This document shows, one piece after another, positions 1-13,904 of a DNA stretch of 64,000 nucleotides. Numbering within the stretch: the first letter of the stretch is position 1; each line of letters opens with the position of its first letter. The notes under the pieces are model-generated. The model did not search any database. It saw only the letters and a program-made list of their open reading frames with translations, and was not told the origin of the DNA. Source of the DNA: Somniosus microcephalus. Taxonomy: Eukaryota. The position numbers and the translations under genes are program-made. The DNA lies in contig CM126225.1 of assembly GCA_052327205.1 (NCBI GenBank), forward strand, positions 38,068,001 to 38,132,000, written 5' to 3'.

Positions 1-59
1 GCAGCAGCATTGCTGTCTCCAAAGTCACTGACAAAACCATGTTGGCAAGAGGCAGCAGA

Positions 60-235
60 ACCGCCTCTCTTAACAGATTATCTGGTCATGTATCTCATTG
101 CCGTTTGTGGGTTCTTGCTGTGCACAAATTGGCTGCCACGTTTCCTACAGCACTTCCAAAAGTACTTAATTGGCTGTAAAGTGCTTTTGGACGTCCTGAG
201 GTTGTGAAAGGAGCTATGTAAACGTAAGTCTTTCT
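60..235 (+). mobile_element. 3' part of DeuSINE-type SINE with L2-like tail
   Basis: AACAGATTATCTGGTCAT...GTTTGTGGG...TGGCTGTAAAGTGCTTTTGGACGTCCTGAGGTTGTGAAAGG matches the 3' half of the copy at 16105-16560. Confidence 0.8.
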
Positions 236-2641
236 TAGTGCTGATGCAGTGCTGTTCTTGAAATTGGGTCTGCCACTGGCAGCAGTGCTATGAGGTAGAT
301 GTACCATTAGGCTGATATTTCCTTCTTGCTGTGGGGATCCACTTGGCATCTACCCACCACGATACAGTTGTAGTCAGGAACTTAGTGCGGGATAGAACCC
401 TACCATGCTGCAACACTGCACTGCACTTTGGCGAAATGTGTTTTGAGAGTATAAATACCATAACATTAAAAGACACCAGCAGACCACAGTTGGACTAGCA
501 ACTCCTGCCATTATTGAAACAAAGTTTCTTCCAGTCAGAATATTAATTGTTTTATCAACACAAGGCTGTGCTGTGCTTCAGGTAGGATTAACACAAGGTC
601 CTCTTAGCACCACAGACACACATATCATGATCCAGGCAGCACCTTATGAATGAGATGAATGCAATTTAATAAGAACTTCAGGAAAATGAAATTGAGGATA
701 ATGGATATCTCTAAATGAATTACAAGGTAGTAATCCATCAGAGCACGTCGTGGATTGCTGTCTTCAATTCACTTGCAGCTGTCCATTGTCTGTTTTTAAA
801 AAAATAAAATAATGTTTCATCAAAAATAAATATAAGATGTACAAGGGGTGTTTTCTTCCAGTCACTATTGTGAGCAAAAACTGTTGGTACGAGTATAAAA
901 CGAGGAGACTTGTTGTATACTCGCACTGACTTGTTTTGCCAGATTAGAGACGGGAGGTATATATACCTAAAGGATCCAGATAGCTGTAAATCAGATCATT
1001 TGTAATGTAGAACAGGTGTGGAATTTTTGTTTCAAATTATCTTTTGTACTGTTATGGTGATGCATTTCTATCAAATGGAGGCCTTGGCTGAAGATGAAAG
1101 TAGTTCCATATGGTGTAGGACTAAGTGCGTGTAATTTTTAATTAGTTTTTTTATGTGGCCTTCGCACTAATTAAGGTGAGGGATGTTAATGTTGGAGAAT
1201 GGAATTCTTTCCAGTGTCGGTACCTGGTTTTCAGCATTAGGCACTCCCAGGTTGCATGCAGAATCCTTAGATGCAAAGTGAAGCGCCGTTTACTCGTCCA
1301 ATAAGGTATGGTTCCAATCTCATAAGAGCATCCCTGATTGGACCAGTGTAACGTTTTGCCATTACTCACTCCAGGCACCTCTGAGCAACATTTGCCTATT
1401 ATTGCCAGTAAATGCCCAATTATGGGCAGCTTTGTGCTGTGGGCCCAAGTCCAATCGGAACTCGTTTGAAAGTCATCGCACATAGGATCCATACAGCCAA
1501 CATACATCGGAGACTTTCATCCCATCAGAAAGGACTGAACTCAAATCCAAGTCCCATGGGTGAAAGTGTCTAATCCAATGCACCATGACTAACATATTAT
1601 AATAACTATAAAATGGAAGGCATCCTATTAGCAGAACCTGTCTTTTTTTTAATTGTATAGTTATAGCAAAATTCACTGCCTAATAAGTGTATTTTCAAAA
1701 TAATTAGCAGGCAAAAGCAACATTAAGAAAGAACTTCACAATAAGCAGAGTTTTATTCTGTTCAGAGAGAATCTGCACAAAAACACAGTGAAAAGGTGAA
1801 AAGCCCTATTTATAGCGTGATTATTGTTTCAGAGTGAATGCAGGGTGGTGTCAGTTTGGAGCACAAATACACCTGTGTAAATGCACCAACTCAAATAAAC
1901 CACATTCTCTCTGGATTTATAAACTCAACTCTCCTTTAAAAAAAAGCGTACTATTTCAGACATGCAGTTTTCACACGGTCAACAACGCTTGACGTAAACG
2001 CCCTCCCTCCACAGAGACGTTCGCAGTGGGGGCTCGCTTTACGTTGGTCTTGTGATTTTATCCTCATCCAGCCAGCTAAATGCAGCAAGCTGGTTCTAGA
2101 TGCCCGTGTGCTTCCATTATAACGTAAGTACGCAGGCACACACAACCAGCTCAGCATTGCTTTTTGCCCTGCAGCATTCACAGAATTAGCTGTAGAATTA
2201 TGTTCGATTTTATATATCAATCGATAATATAGAAAGCTATAATTAGTTTGGGATCTTTTATTTCTATATGATGTACTCTTCTTGTGCGTATGCCTTTGCT
2301 CCATATTTTTAAGTTCCTTTTTTAAAAAAAGTATTTCTTCCGTCTATCCCAGTGCACCAGCCTCTATGTAAATTGCGGGGGGAGGGCATACAAACCAGTT
2401 GCAGGAAGTCAGGAATGGTTAGAGGGAGGGAGAGGGTGACAGACATTTTCCTAGGTATATGGAATTCCGACTGCAGACGGTGTATGTGCACAAACCAGGG
2501 CTCTGATCAAGACCTGAGGTGAATTAAAGCCAAATTGGGGTTGGAAATTCACATTGTTTAAGGCTTCAGATCAATGTCCGATTCAGCAGAATTAACAGGC
2601 AAATTGGACTTCCATTCCCACAGTAGACAAAGTATAACAGT

Positions 2642-3410
2642 GGGCGCAATCTTGCCAGCCCTGGGGAGGCTGGTTTGGAGGCGGGGCTGCTGAGAAAATG
2701 GCAGAATCTGGGGGTGGGTACCCATCCCGCCTCCGTGCCATCTTCCCAGGAGGCGGGTAGCTGACCTGCACTGGGTCCCGTCTCCTGGAGGCGGGAAAGG
2801 GATTACAGCCACTTAACTGCCTGTTAACAGGTAGTTAACAGGCAGTTAAAAGGATTATCCCCATTTTTCCACCAGAGGCGCGGGCTTCCCGACATCGGGA
2901 AACCCCGCCAGGGTCACCGAGGCGAGCAGTGGGTTTGCGGGGGTCGGAGGGGTGCAAAAGTGCGCTGTGGAGGTGAGTGATGGGTGCATGTGTGTGAGGT
3001 GAGTGGAAAATGATAGAAAATGTTTACTTACCTTTGTTTCTTCCTGCAGGCTTCAACAGTTGGGGATGCGGAAACTCTCGCATCTCACCGGCAGAGATGA
3101 CAGATGACTGCTGCATTCTCCGATGCAACATCCATCTAATTTCTGCTCACAAGAGGTTTGATGAGTCTTGAATACAAGAACTCATCAAACAACAGAGAAT
3201 GTCAGTGTTTGACAGCTTCACAGAACTGTCAAACCATGACAATTCATCTGTCAAATATTTTTGACATGAAACATCATACGCTGATGTTCTCTGTAACCGG
3301 CTTCCCCTTAATTGGCCTGCTAAGCTCGCTTGGTGGGCTTAACAAGGTCAAATCGAGGGAAAATAGCGTGGATTGGCCACAAGTTGATGGAGGCGGGATT
3401 AAATTCTGAC
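2642..3410. mobile_element. Degenerate Harbinger-like non-autonomous element (right end uncertain)
   Basis: AGT|GGGCGCAATCTT left terminus, GC-rich palindromic segments (CTGCCTGTTAAC...GTTAACAGGCAG; GGGCTTCCCGACATCGGGAAACCC) resembling the element at 12176. Confidence 0.45.
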
Positions 3411-3958
3411 AAGCAGCAATCCCGCTTCCAACATGCTCCCATTGACAAAATCGTCCCCAGTGAATCAGGACAGAGCTTGGAGTCTGCCTCAATGTGGCTT
3501 GTGTCTAGGGAATGGAAGTCCTTCTTTGTTATCTTTCACTGTCGGAATGTTTTCCTAATTTTCTTACTGACTGTACTTTCTTTTTATCCCCTCTCTTTTG
3601 AAGGGGATAACCCCAGTTGCAGTACAGTTCACTGAACAGCCCTCCAGTATCTTACTCAAGTGGTTGTTCTTCACATTGAGTGTAGGCAGGCATCACAGCT
3701 GAGCCCCACCTTGTCCTTATCTGACATTCACAGACAGCACACTTGCTAACAGAGGCTACTGGATAGTGATCAGGAGAGGGAACCTTAACTGATTTTACCC
3801 TTTCTTAGCAAGAGATACTGTGTGCATGTGGGTAATTTCCCTTCTAGTACCTCAGCTGAGATCAGCACGGAGCAGGGAATGACCCTGAGCGAACCCACTG
3901 TTTGTGTTTCTTGCTTTCTTCTGCAAGTCAGTACTTTGTAAAAGGACGGTATAATAAT

Positions 3959-4719
3959 GGCTCGTAATTTTGCGGTCAGCGGCAAAGCAAAAGCGTTCGC
4001 CGCTGGCCCTGAAGTAAGCTTCCCACAAAGATCTTGCGATCTCTGTGGCGAGAAGTTTGGCTTTTCCGAAGTACAGTTGAAATCTGTGTCGTTTAGTGGG
4101 AATCCCATAGCGCAAGCTGCTGTGACGTCAACAAGTTGTCTGAACAGCCAATCACGTTGCAGAATTCTCATAGGCAGAGAACCAGGAAATAGAAAGCACT
4201 AAGAATCAGTCACTTTTTAAAAAATTTACAGTGTGAAATAAAGATTGGTACATACACATTGGGTTACGGTAGAAGCTGAAATATCATGAATAAACTTTTA
4301 AACATTTTTTTTAATTGATTTTAAAATCTTAATTTTTAAATTTGGCATTCCACCAATATAAAATTAGTTTTTCAGGGTCAGTACGGTTGTTTGTCAGTAG
4401 TTATTACTCAGATCGACGTTAAAAACCCAGTTGCACCTTATTTGAATGTGTCTAACTTTTTATGTCGTTTCTAACAGCGATATTTGTTCGGAAAAGGGGA
4501 AGTTTTTGTCAGATCAGTGATTTCACTGATTGCCGGCTCTGGGTGGGGATGGGGGTGTCCAACGGGCAGCCTGTGGAGGAGCAGTGAATGACAGACCGCA
4601 ACTTCAGGATTTTCGCGTTAGGCTGCGCATGCGCTAAATCCTGAAGCTGTGGTCAGTTTCAAAAGCGAAATGAAAAAACGCTGCCAGTTCGCCGTCATCA
4701 GGACTGTAATTTCCGGGCC
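3959..4719. mobile_element. PIF/Harbinger-like MITE, 761 bp, AAT TSD
   Basis: AAT|GGCTCGTAATTTTGCGGTC ... GACTGTAATTTCCGGGCC|AAT; imperfect TIRs, CpG-rich arms, AT-rich centre. Confidence 0.8.
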
Positions 4720-6154
4720 AATCTGTTGACATTTTCAGCCGTTCGATGGTTTGAAATTCTTTTGTTAATTTTTTTTCTCAGCAATTTTTGCTTCCCCTCC
4801 CTCACCTGTCTTGAAGATATAGACTTCTGCTGAGATATGCTTTCCTACAAATTGTCCTTCGGTTCCTTGCCCTAATGGTTAAAAGCACCGTGGGACATTT
4901 TACTACGCTAAAGGCGCTATATAAATGCACGTTATTGTTGTTATGTGCCATGACAATGAGTGTTGGTGGCTATTAGACCATGGGAGATATCACAGCTGAT
5001 GCTGCTCCCAGCCTCATTCAGCATTCACAGATGCATACTTCCAGAAGTTGTTACTGAATAGTAATTTGGAGAAGGAACCCAGGCGGTTTTTCCCCCTTCC
5101 CTCACCCAGGGTCGGTGTGGTCAGACACAGGACCCTTACCTGTTGAAGGGCTATTTAGGGGCTTCATGAAACCTGGCTGAATTTGATAAAAATTGAGTTT
5201 GCCTGACAAACAAAATCTGGTTAATCCAGGGAGATGGGAGTTTCCCTGAATCAGCCAAGATCCTTAAGGATTAACAATGAACAAAAAAAAATCCATCACC
5301 TGATGCAGTATTAAGCAACATAAACAAGGAAGTCCCAGGTTCAATCCCTTATTTGTGCTGAATTAGCTGATTTCACCCTGGGCAATCTTTAGGGCACCAC
5401 AACTTACCTCACTGTGAGGAGGGGAGAAAATTGGAAGGAAGAAAAAAAGCAGATTTTTCTGTTGCTTAATTTAAAGACAAACAGTTTCCCAGTTTTAACT
5501 TTAACTGGGAATCATGATATGTTGTACTGATACTTTACCTCTCACTGATACTGTTACAGAGTGATTATATCCACAGTTAAGGTCACATACATACGGGGAA
5601 ACCATGTCTTCTTAAGGTATTTAGGGGCTTCATGAAGCTCAGCTTGCTTTCGGAACCACACTGTGATTTTATTTTATGTGTGTCAGTCAATATAACGATG
5701 ATTTATTTGTAGATATTTTCACAGATTTATAAAATCAATTTTTCTTTTTTAATAAGTTAAATGTCAAGATTGTCTGGACAATGGGCGTCCTCCCACCTAC
5801 TGTTTTTGCCTCAGGCATCTGCTTAAGAGAATAATGGAATCCATGATAGATGGTGCTTTCCAATTGTCAATAATGGTGGAAGGAACCTGGTGTTTATCCA
5901 AGAAGATTAAAGCTCGGAGCACATGCTTGATGAAAATAAAAGCTAGGAAATTGCTCTCTTTGCCAGGAAGCAAGGAATCTAGGATACCTAACCATGTGTC
6001 TCCAATGTCCTTATGAGAACTGTTCAAACTGTTGTGCCAGCTTGTTGAATGTCAGATACTGTATTAAGATTCAGCATTAAAGGTGCTCGCACACCGATGG
6101 CTTATCATTGACAGTAGACACGAGTCACTTCCTCTGCCGATCCTGCACTATATA

Positions 6155-6487
6155 CAGGAAACTTTGTGATATCCGGCACCGACGGGACCGAGCTGTTGCC
6201 GATCTATCAAAACTGCCGGACATACAAAGTTAATGTTGAAGCATACGGAGGTTTTCATCTCCGTATCTGACAACAAACACTGTTGCTTAGCAACAGCTTG
6301 TAAACAGTCGGCCCGTACCTTGGAAGCGTCTCTGTAGCTTAGCAACAGCTTCAGAGAGACTTTCCAGAGCCCGACTGTTGAAAACAAAGCCACGAGAAGA
6401 AAAAAAACCTAACAAAACGGCTCCTGATTTCTGCCAGTAGATCGAGGTTTCCGGACATACAACCTCCGGATAAACCAAAGTTTCCTG
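6155..6487. mobile_element. Tigger/pogo-like MITE copy 1 (TA TSD)
   Basis: TA|CAGGAAACTTTGTGATATCCGG ... CCGGATAAACCAAAGTTTCCTG|TA; homologous copies at 35738 and 40756. Confidence 0.85.
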
Positions 6488-8049
6488 TAATATAAAGGAA
6501 CTGACAGCCACAGAGACACAAGTTTTCTTGGGTTCTGACAGTTGGGGTTGGAGCTCTTTTCATCCTTGAATGGAGACTGGTGGCACATCGGAGACAGTAA
6601 AAAGAGAAGAGCAGTGTTCATTTAGAGGTTTTGGGTCTCTTTGAGCACCATTTTCCCTGAACTCTGACCACTGTACAAAAGTGCTCTTAGTTAGCTTAAC
6701 AGTCAGGTGCATCTGCTGTTTTCAAAGCTTTTCCACAGACTGGTGTTTGTTGTGGGTTGAAGTTATTGTGCCAAAACTTTTATTTTAAGAGATAATGGAG
6801 ATTTGAAAATGTTAACGTAGGTTTTAACATATGTTTTAGTAGGTTCTTGACCACCAGTTAGGAATACCTGCGATGAATACAATGTGGGCTTACACATCAC
6901 TGAATCTGCTGTCAACTGCTTAATTTTGTAGTACAGATTCAGAACTAGAAAAAAATGCACTGTGTTGCCCTGATTGGGTAACGCTAATACCCTGTATCAA
7001 GAACTTCAAATTAGATTATAGCTTCAGCTGACATTTTGCACTCAGGTTTTCCCCAGATAGAGCTTCTGACCACAGTTTTGTGGTGGGAAGTTGCTATGTG
7101 GTCTACAAACTGGGCCGATAAACACTGTAGACAACAATCGGGTAGTCTGCAAATGAGCATCTAAGCAAAACATATTTTGGGCGAAATGTTGGACTGGAAG
7201 AGGTTAATCCAGCTTCAATCCCAAATGAAACCTTTGTGTGTAAACAGGGCTCCGGGAGGCTGCGGGCTGAAGAGTTTCATTATGTTGCAGTATCTGAAAG
7301 CTGACAGTGATGGAGGGCAGCATAAAGAAAGCACATTTGGAAGTCTTTAAAAAACAAGGCTGGATTTGCAATATTCTGTGATCGAGTGAAGTGGCTGGAG
7401 GGTACGCCTTGCCGAGATGTCTTATCAGATGGATGACACACTCCAGACGCAAGAAAAGGAAAATCATATAGGCAGTATACTTCTGTACATAACTAGCAAT
7501 AAAGAGGCAAGCAGCAGTTGCGAGAGGGGAAGAGGGCGCGGAAGCAAAATAAATGAAGCGTGGTGTGCAATAAAGCCATCTCGATAGCTTTATTTTGTTT
7601 ACCATAGCTGGGTTGAATGGGCAGTAGTCAGTGGATTCAGCAACCTCCCACCTTAGAGCCGAGTTGACAAGTATAGAAAGGATTATTGGAACTGTACTGC
7701 TTTAGGCAGGGCAGGCGTGAAAGGCTGCTCTTGACTCGTAATGATGCAATGAACATAAATTTCCCATTGGGAAGTATTTGTGCATATAAGTTTATACAAT
7801 TTGGACACCTGCCAAGATATTTGTTCTTTAATGCAATGGGCGGCGATATCTTGAAGGGATCCCAGTAATATCTCTGATCAGTCTTGTTCAGATTTGAGTG
7901 AATCAGTTCATACCGTGGTGAGGAAAATGGCACACGGCTCTTATGGGTTAACCCCCCCCCCCCCCCCACTGCAAACAAAAGAAGGTTTGTCAAGCACTTT
8001 ATCATGAAGTCTGTAGCCCTTTAATAGGCACAGCTCAAATAAACTTTTT

Positions 8050-8232
8050 GGATGAGACATTAAACCGAGGTCCCATCTGCTCTCTCAGATGGAGGTGAAA
8101 GAGTGTATGGCACAATTTGAAGAAGAGCAGGGGAGTTCTCGTAGTGTCTTGGCTAAGGTTCATGTCTCAACCAAAATCATGAAAACAATTACCAGGTTAT
8201 TTATCTCATTGCTGTTTGTGGGATCTTGCTAA
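8050..8232 (+). mobile_element. DeuSINE fragment (Deu domain)
   Basis: GATGAGACATTAAACCGAGGTCCCATCTGCTCTCTCAG...GAAGAAGAGCAGGGGAGTTCTC. Confidence 0.75.
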
Positions 8233-9404
8233 ATTGTACTTTGTCTACAAGGCAGATGCCCCTAATCATGCCATCACTAGGGTAAGTAGTTTGACATGGA
8301 GTCTAATCCTGCAATAATTTCCATGAATTTCTATACTTAAAGAGAAAAGAAAGAATTTGCATTTATATAGCACCTTTCATAACCTCAGGACATCCAAAAG
8401 TACTTTGCAGCCAATGAAGTATTTTTGAAGTGTAGTCACTGTTGTAATATAGATAATGTAGACTTACCACAGGTAGCCTGATTTACTGCCTGAGTACTTC
8501 ATAATTTTGCATTAAAAACCCTAGATGCAGTGAAAGTGACAGTTTTCTGAATGTCTCTGAGTGATAACAAAAAATATACTCAAAGATCAACAGAAAGCAG
8601 AAATAATCGCAGGGGTGGTAAAGTTGATGGCAGTCATTCTGGGTTTTGTTTTGAAAAAGGGGGTTCTGATTGCCAACTCAGTCTGATGTCGACACGGCCT
8701 GACGATCCAAGTTCCCAGTGTTAGACATTATCGATTTGGCATACAGCCCCCTGCCTTGCTCACCACTTCCAGCTTGCGTCAATGGAGGACTGTTGCAGTG
8801 TTTAGCCAGATGCAGAGTTGCAAAAATCTCAGTGTCTGGATTCACATTTGTTTAGAGTGAGCCTGCAGAATTGTTTTCACCCCAGAAAAGCCACAGCCTT
8901 GGATTCCAGCACCCACAGAGAAATTATGAAACAAGTGCACGATTTTGCATGAAAATTGATACTGCTGTGGCAGATGCTGAGGGCACACACCTTCAGACAC
9001 CAAGTACATGGGCAACATTTGTTTTGAGATAGGGTGCACAGAAGAAAGCAAATTTGGGCAGGAAATCGGTGACTTTTTACATTGCAGTGCCTGCAGATTG
9101 ACCCTGATGTGAAACCTGCCCTGGAAGTGGGTTTACTTCAAGCTGGTGCTGATTAGAAGCACAGAATTCAATGAGTTTATATTAGTGTTAGGTAATCAGA
9201 TTCAGGGGAATTCTCGATATACTCTAACCTCTGACAGCAAGCGTAAGTAGGATGTTAAATTATTCTGTAAGGGACAAAAAAAAAATTACTTCTACAATGT
9301 TTCCATGAACCCATGTCAGCCATTTTGGAGTGTGCACAGATGAACATTGGACAGATCATTTTTTGTACCTGCTTAGTTACTGGTCTTTGTAATTATTTGT
9401 GTAT

Positions 9405-9620
9405 GAGGTTCCTGGTCTGTGCTGAGTTAGCTGATCTCACCTGGGGTAGCATTTGACCTGATCACCACCCAGCAATTCTTGCTGAAAAGTGCGCATGTGT
9501 GGATATCAAACCTGAGGACGGGATATGGTGGTGCCTTCCATCGGTGAATAAGCCGCTGACACTCCCATGTTTTGGCTCACATAAAGAATGCCCATTTGGG
9601 CAAAATGATAGATGGTATCT
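9405..9620 (+). mobile_element. Older tRNA-like SINE family B fragment
   Basis: GGTCTGTGCTGAGTTAGCTGATCTC...GGCTCACATAAAGAATGCCCATTTGGG, shared with many copies in the window. Confidence 0.65.
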
Positions 9621-9840
9621 TAGCTCAGTGGTAGCACTTGTGCCTCCGAGTCAGAAAGTTGTGGGTTCAAGTCCCACTCCAGAGACTTGAACACTCCAGT
9701 GCAGTACTGAGGGAGTGCTGCACTGACAGAGGTGCCATCTTCGGTTGAGATGTTAAACCGAGGCGCCATCTGCTCTCTCAGGTGGACGTAAAAGTACCCA
9801 TGGTACTATTCGAAAAAGAGCAGGACGTTCTCCCTGGTGT
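9621..9840 (+). mobile_element. DeuSINE 5' half (tRNA head + Deu domain) abutting a family-B SINE
   Basis: A box TAGCTCAGTGG, B box GGTTCAAGTCCC, then CTCCAGTGCAGTACTGAGGGAGTGCTGCACTG. Confidence 0.8.
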
Positions 9841-11454
9841 TAAGGTATTGAAGTGATATTGTATCACCAATAAATTTAGAGTATTTCTACAACATTGTTG
9901 CACAATGGCAGTTAAAGAAAGGGTCCCCATGTGAAGCAGTCGGCAAGATTAGGGTCTCTGGGCAGGATAGTGAAGTGCAATTTTATTACAACTCCTCCTG
10001 AGCTTGATTCAATTACTTTTTTCAGTTGAGACCAGGCTGAAACTGTAGTGGAAGCATTAATTCAGCCAATCAACCTACATGATTGAATGATCCCATAATG
10101 ATGTCAGGTTTGAGTGGGGTAAGTCAGGTTTTAGTGTGCTGCATGACTGGTTCGAAGTTAATTCTACTCTTACTGGCAAAAAGAGTAGTCGCTTTCACAT
10201 GAAAGGATAAGTCCTGCTGCACGCAAGGAAAACTGGAAGTCACTTGTTTACCTAAAGCTCATTGGCTCCTAGATGTCCTGAATTGGACTTGGACTGCAAT
10301 AAGTGCCCTCACATTCGGATGGTGCCTTTTGCCCAGCCCAGAGATAGACACGAACGGGACATTTAAAAACAACTGTTTGTGTAATAGTCCAATCACGCAT
10401 GCATGTGCAAAAGCAAAACCAGTTATCTGCGAAAGGACTTCCTTGTGCATGCATTTATCTTCAGGAAGCAATTGAAAGCTAGACTGCCTGACTCAAAAGT
10501 GAACAAGTGGTCACCCATCCTCACTCTCAGCCTCTGTACCAGGACATTTGCACTAACGAGCCCAATCATAATTTTTCATGAAAAAAAACCAGAATCCTCT
10601 CTCCCATAGAATGGTACAACAGTAGTGGATCTGTATGCCTATGGTATACTGGCCCTATTAAAGAACCAGACCTATATGGGATGACCCGCCCAGTTGAATG
10701 GACTATTCTCACCACCTCCTTTCCACTGTAATACAGCTTGCCTTATTATACAATTCAGTTCTTATATTTGTATTTTCGAAGTTGACCGCTCTTGTTTGTT
10801 ACGGGGGACAGAAGTTTGATTGAGGATATCTTGTTGATGATGCACTGGAATGACCCATAGGCAAGAGAGAGCGTACAATGCACACTTCATCTTGCTGATA
10901 TTTAAAAAAAGTTAAAAGTTATAGAAAGACCAAAAGAGAACTGAATGTGAAGATCTATTGAGGAAGAATCAAATCGAAATAACGGAGTTTATATGAACTC
11001 GGGTCTTCATATTGTGAATTACACCAAGTATTCCTGTCTGATGATGCTGTGCACTATGCGTGTGTCTTCTATCTATGTAATATTCCATGTTGTGTAGAAC
11101 CTTATCTCTCTCCTTTGATCTCTCCACCCCCCGCCACACTGTGACAATCTATCATCTATGGAGGGTGTTCTTCTCCTGCTTATTCAAATTACATGATTGA
11201 GTCACATCCACTACAGTTCAAATATTGCTGACAATGGAATTGTTTCCTGGTTGCCAACTTATTATTGAGCCAGAAATATTTAACAATATACATAGACAGA
11301 CATCAGGGGGAGGCTTATTCAGCGAATATTTTGAGTGACAATCTGCTGTGTGGTTTTGTGTATCACTTTTCACTGTGCTGTTTCTTTTTCAATTAATAAT
11401 ATACAAGATAAATGGCTCTGCAGTTGTTCTGTGTTAAGGAATGTGAATATTGTG

Positions 11455-11896
11455 AAGCCAGGATAGTCAATAGAATACAGAATTACACAGCCAGAACAGT
11501 GGGTTACAATTTGGAGGATGCTATGCTCAAATTGTATAATACTCTGGTCAGACGTGCACCTTGAATGTTGTGTCAAGTTTTTGGTCTTCAAGACACAATG
11601 GAGATATTGAAGTCCTGGAGGTGGTGCAGAGAAGAGCCATAAGGTAGTTATCTAACATCAAAGGATTGAGTTTTAAGGAAAGTTTGAAAAACTTGGGCTA
11701 TTTGGTCACTCCAAGCTAAACTATGACAGTAAAACAACAGGAAACAGGTTCAAATTGGTGAAAGACAAATTTATAACTGTTCGCCACACACACTGATCAA
11801 CACATGAAATTGATTTTTAGGTAGCATAGTGGAAGCAAAAGTGCTGGAATTATTTAAGAAACAAGTCGATTCTATGATAGGGTGCCTGTAGCTTCT
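11455..11896 (+). mobile_element. Degenerate CR1 LINE 3' ORF2 fragment, resuming at about 12899-12950
   Basis: Remnant LLKLYNTLVRxHLECCVxFW-like coding sequence and ACAACAGGAAACAGGTTCAAATTG (TRGH-like). The 3' UTR GATGAGCTGATATGGGACAAATGTCCTG resumes after the insertion. Confidence 0.7.
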
Positions 11897-11904
11897 TTCT
11901 AGAT

Positions 11905-12898
11905 CAGGACTGTCCAATTTTAGCCCCTAAATCCTGGCAATCTGGCCCTCAAAGCCCAGGCAACTTGGTCTATTTGCACTTAAATGCCTTATTTGTCCTA
12001 TTTGAGTTTCTTGAGCCTGGGGTTTGGAAATGGATCATCTTAGAAGTGATCAATAATTCCTAAATCAGATCATCAAGCAAATTGAGATATATGCAAATCA
12101 ACAGGAACGCGAATTAAAACTTTATATTTGGCCCCTCACTTTATGGTATGCATCTGTGTGGCTCACAAAGACAATGGAGGTAATTTTAACCCCCAAAAAC
12201 AGGTGGGTTTGGGTCAGGTGGGAAGTTTAAAAAAAAAAAAATTCAAACCCAAACCCAACCCGTCTCAAACCCGCCCACTTCCAGTTTTAATGGGACGGGG
12301 CACGGATGACCAATCCGCTCTCAGGAGGTGGGCCGGTCATTGAAAGCTTTTAAGGCGGCTGCGTGCCACCATTTTAACAGGCTTTCTATTTTTAACTCTT
12401 GTCAACCTGGCTTCGGGAAACCCGGCAGGTCAAAGATAAATGAAGGTGAGAAGGGCTGGATCCATAAGGTAAGTGCCTTTACAGCACTACTTGTGGGCCA
12501 GGAGGAGTGGGAGTGTTTCCTCCTGGCCCAAAAAGCTACCCTGTAAACCAAACCCCCCACCCCCACAATCACCGACCAACCCTCCGCAATCACAGACAAC
12601 CGCCACCCCCCTCCCCCCCCCCCCCCCCCCCCCCCCCGTGCTCAGCAGCTCTTCCCGAGCCCCCTGTGATCTTGCGACCGCCATCTCACCCCTCCCCGGC
12701 CACGTTCTACCCCCTTGATCATCACCCCCACCACTGCTAGACCTACCTGCTCCTCCGCTGCGTCCTTCTACTGCAGGCTTTCCCGTCCGATAGGCGAACT
12801 GTCGGCCAGGAAACCTGGAGGAAAAAATTAAAAAGGCGTACTTTTGGGTTTTCCATCCATAACCCCCCAGCTTCGAACAATATGTTTAAACACCCCTG
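11905..12898. mobile_element. hAT-Charlie-like DNA transposon remnant
   Basis: TIRs CAGGACTGTCCAA ... TTAAACACCCCTG; 8-bp flanks TTCTAGAT / CTCTAGGT with the central CTAG typical of Charlie targets. Confidence 0.65.
12176..12850. mobile_element. Harbinger-like element nested in the hAT element (right end truncated or uncertain)
   Basis: AAT|GGAGGTAATTTTAACCCCC terminus, internal palindromes (GTGGGTTTGGG...AAACCCGCCCAC; GGGCCAGGAGG...CCTCCTGGCCC), C-rich tract. Confidence 0.6.
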
Positions 12899-13904
12899 CT
12901 CTAGGTGGATGAGCTGATATGGGACAAATGTCCTGTCTCATCCGTATTTGTCTCACGAAACCTGAAATGAAATTCAGTGAATGACGAGTTGTTTCCATTT
13001 TTCAAGACCCAACACTAATCCCTGCTTGTACTTCCTTCTGATGGCCAGGAACTTTAACAGTTTCAGTTAATTTCTGATTACGGAGTCTCTACTTTGGAGC
13101 GGTTAAACTAGCCCATTTTCTGGTTTTAGGACACGGAACTGGATCACCCCATAAAGCTTAGGCATTGACCCACTGCATTATTATTGTACATTTGTGGAGG
13201 CACACAGTCCAAAAACTGAACTGGCTTGCACTAATGCTGCAGTTGGATTCATGTGACACCAGAAAATTTGTTAGGAAATGGAGAGCCAGTGGAGATTTTC
13301 AAGGATGTGGATGATAGAAGGATGAGGACACTTCTGGGCCATGCTGTTCTGAATGAAATCTAGTCCGTGAAGGCAGAGGCTAGTAAAGAAGGCATTTGTG
13401 AAGTTGAGCCGTAAGCAGATAATGGTGTCGATTATGATTTCAGCAGCAGTGGGGAAGGGAAGGGACGAAAGTGGATGATCACTCGAGGATGAAAGAGTCC
13501 CTGGATATTGGATTATACATCGAGAAAGAATGGACTATTACATAGACCTGATTTGCTTTTGTGTTCTCTACCAGATACACACATGCAAACATTAAACAGT
13601 AACAAAGTTTTAAAGTACAAAGTTTACTTGTTAGGCAAGTATTTCATGCCAACCAGATAACACTTATCAGTGCAGTTTGAATCATGTAGTCACAGGAGCC
13701 CTTCAGTTTGAACCACTTGTACACTTGTGTGTTTCATTCACATGAACTAAGACGTCTGAGAAGACACTCCGAGCTATCTGTTTTCCTGGCTATTTATTAC
13801 CCTGTATGTAATGCATTACTGGCTGCCTGTTATCTTGTATGTAATTCCTGGCCGTATGTTATCATGTAAATAGAATTAGCTATGATACTTGTGTTTAACA
13901 CATT

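Noticed and set aside
12473-12740. Proline- and glycine-rich ORFs
   Set aside because: Artefacts of a poly-C tract within a transposon
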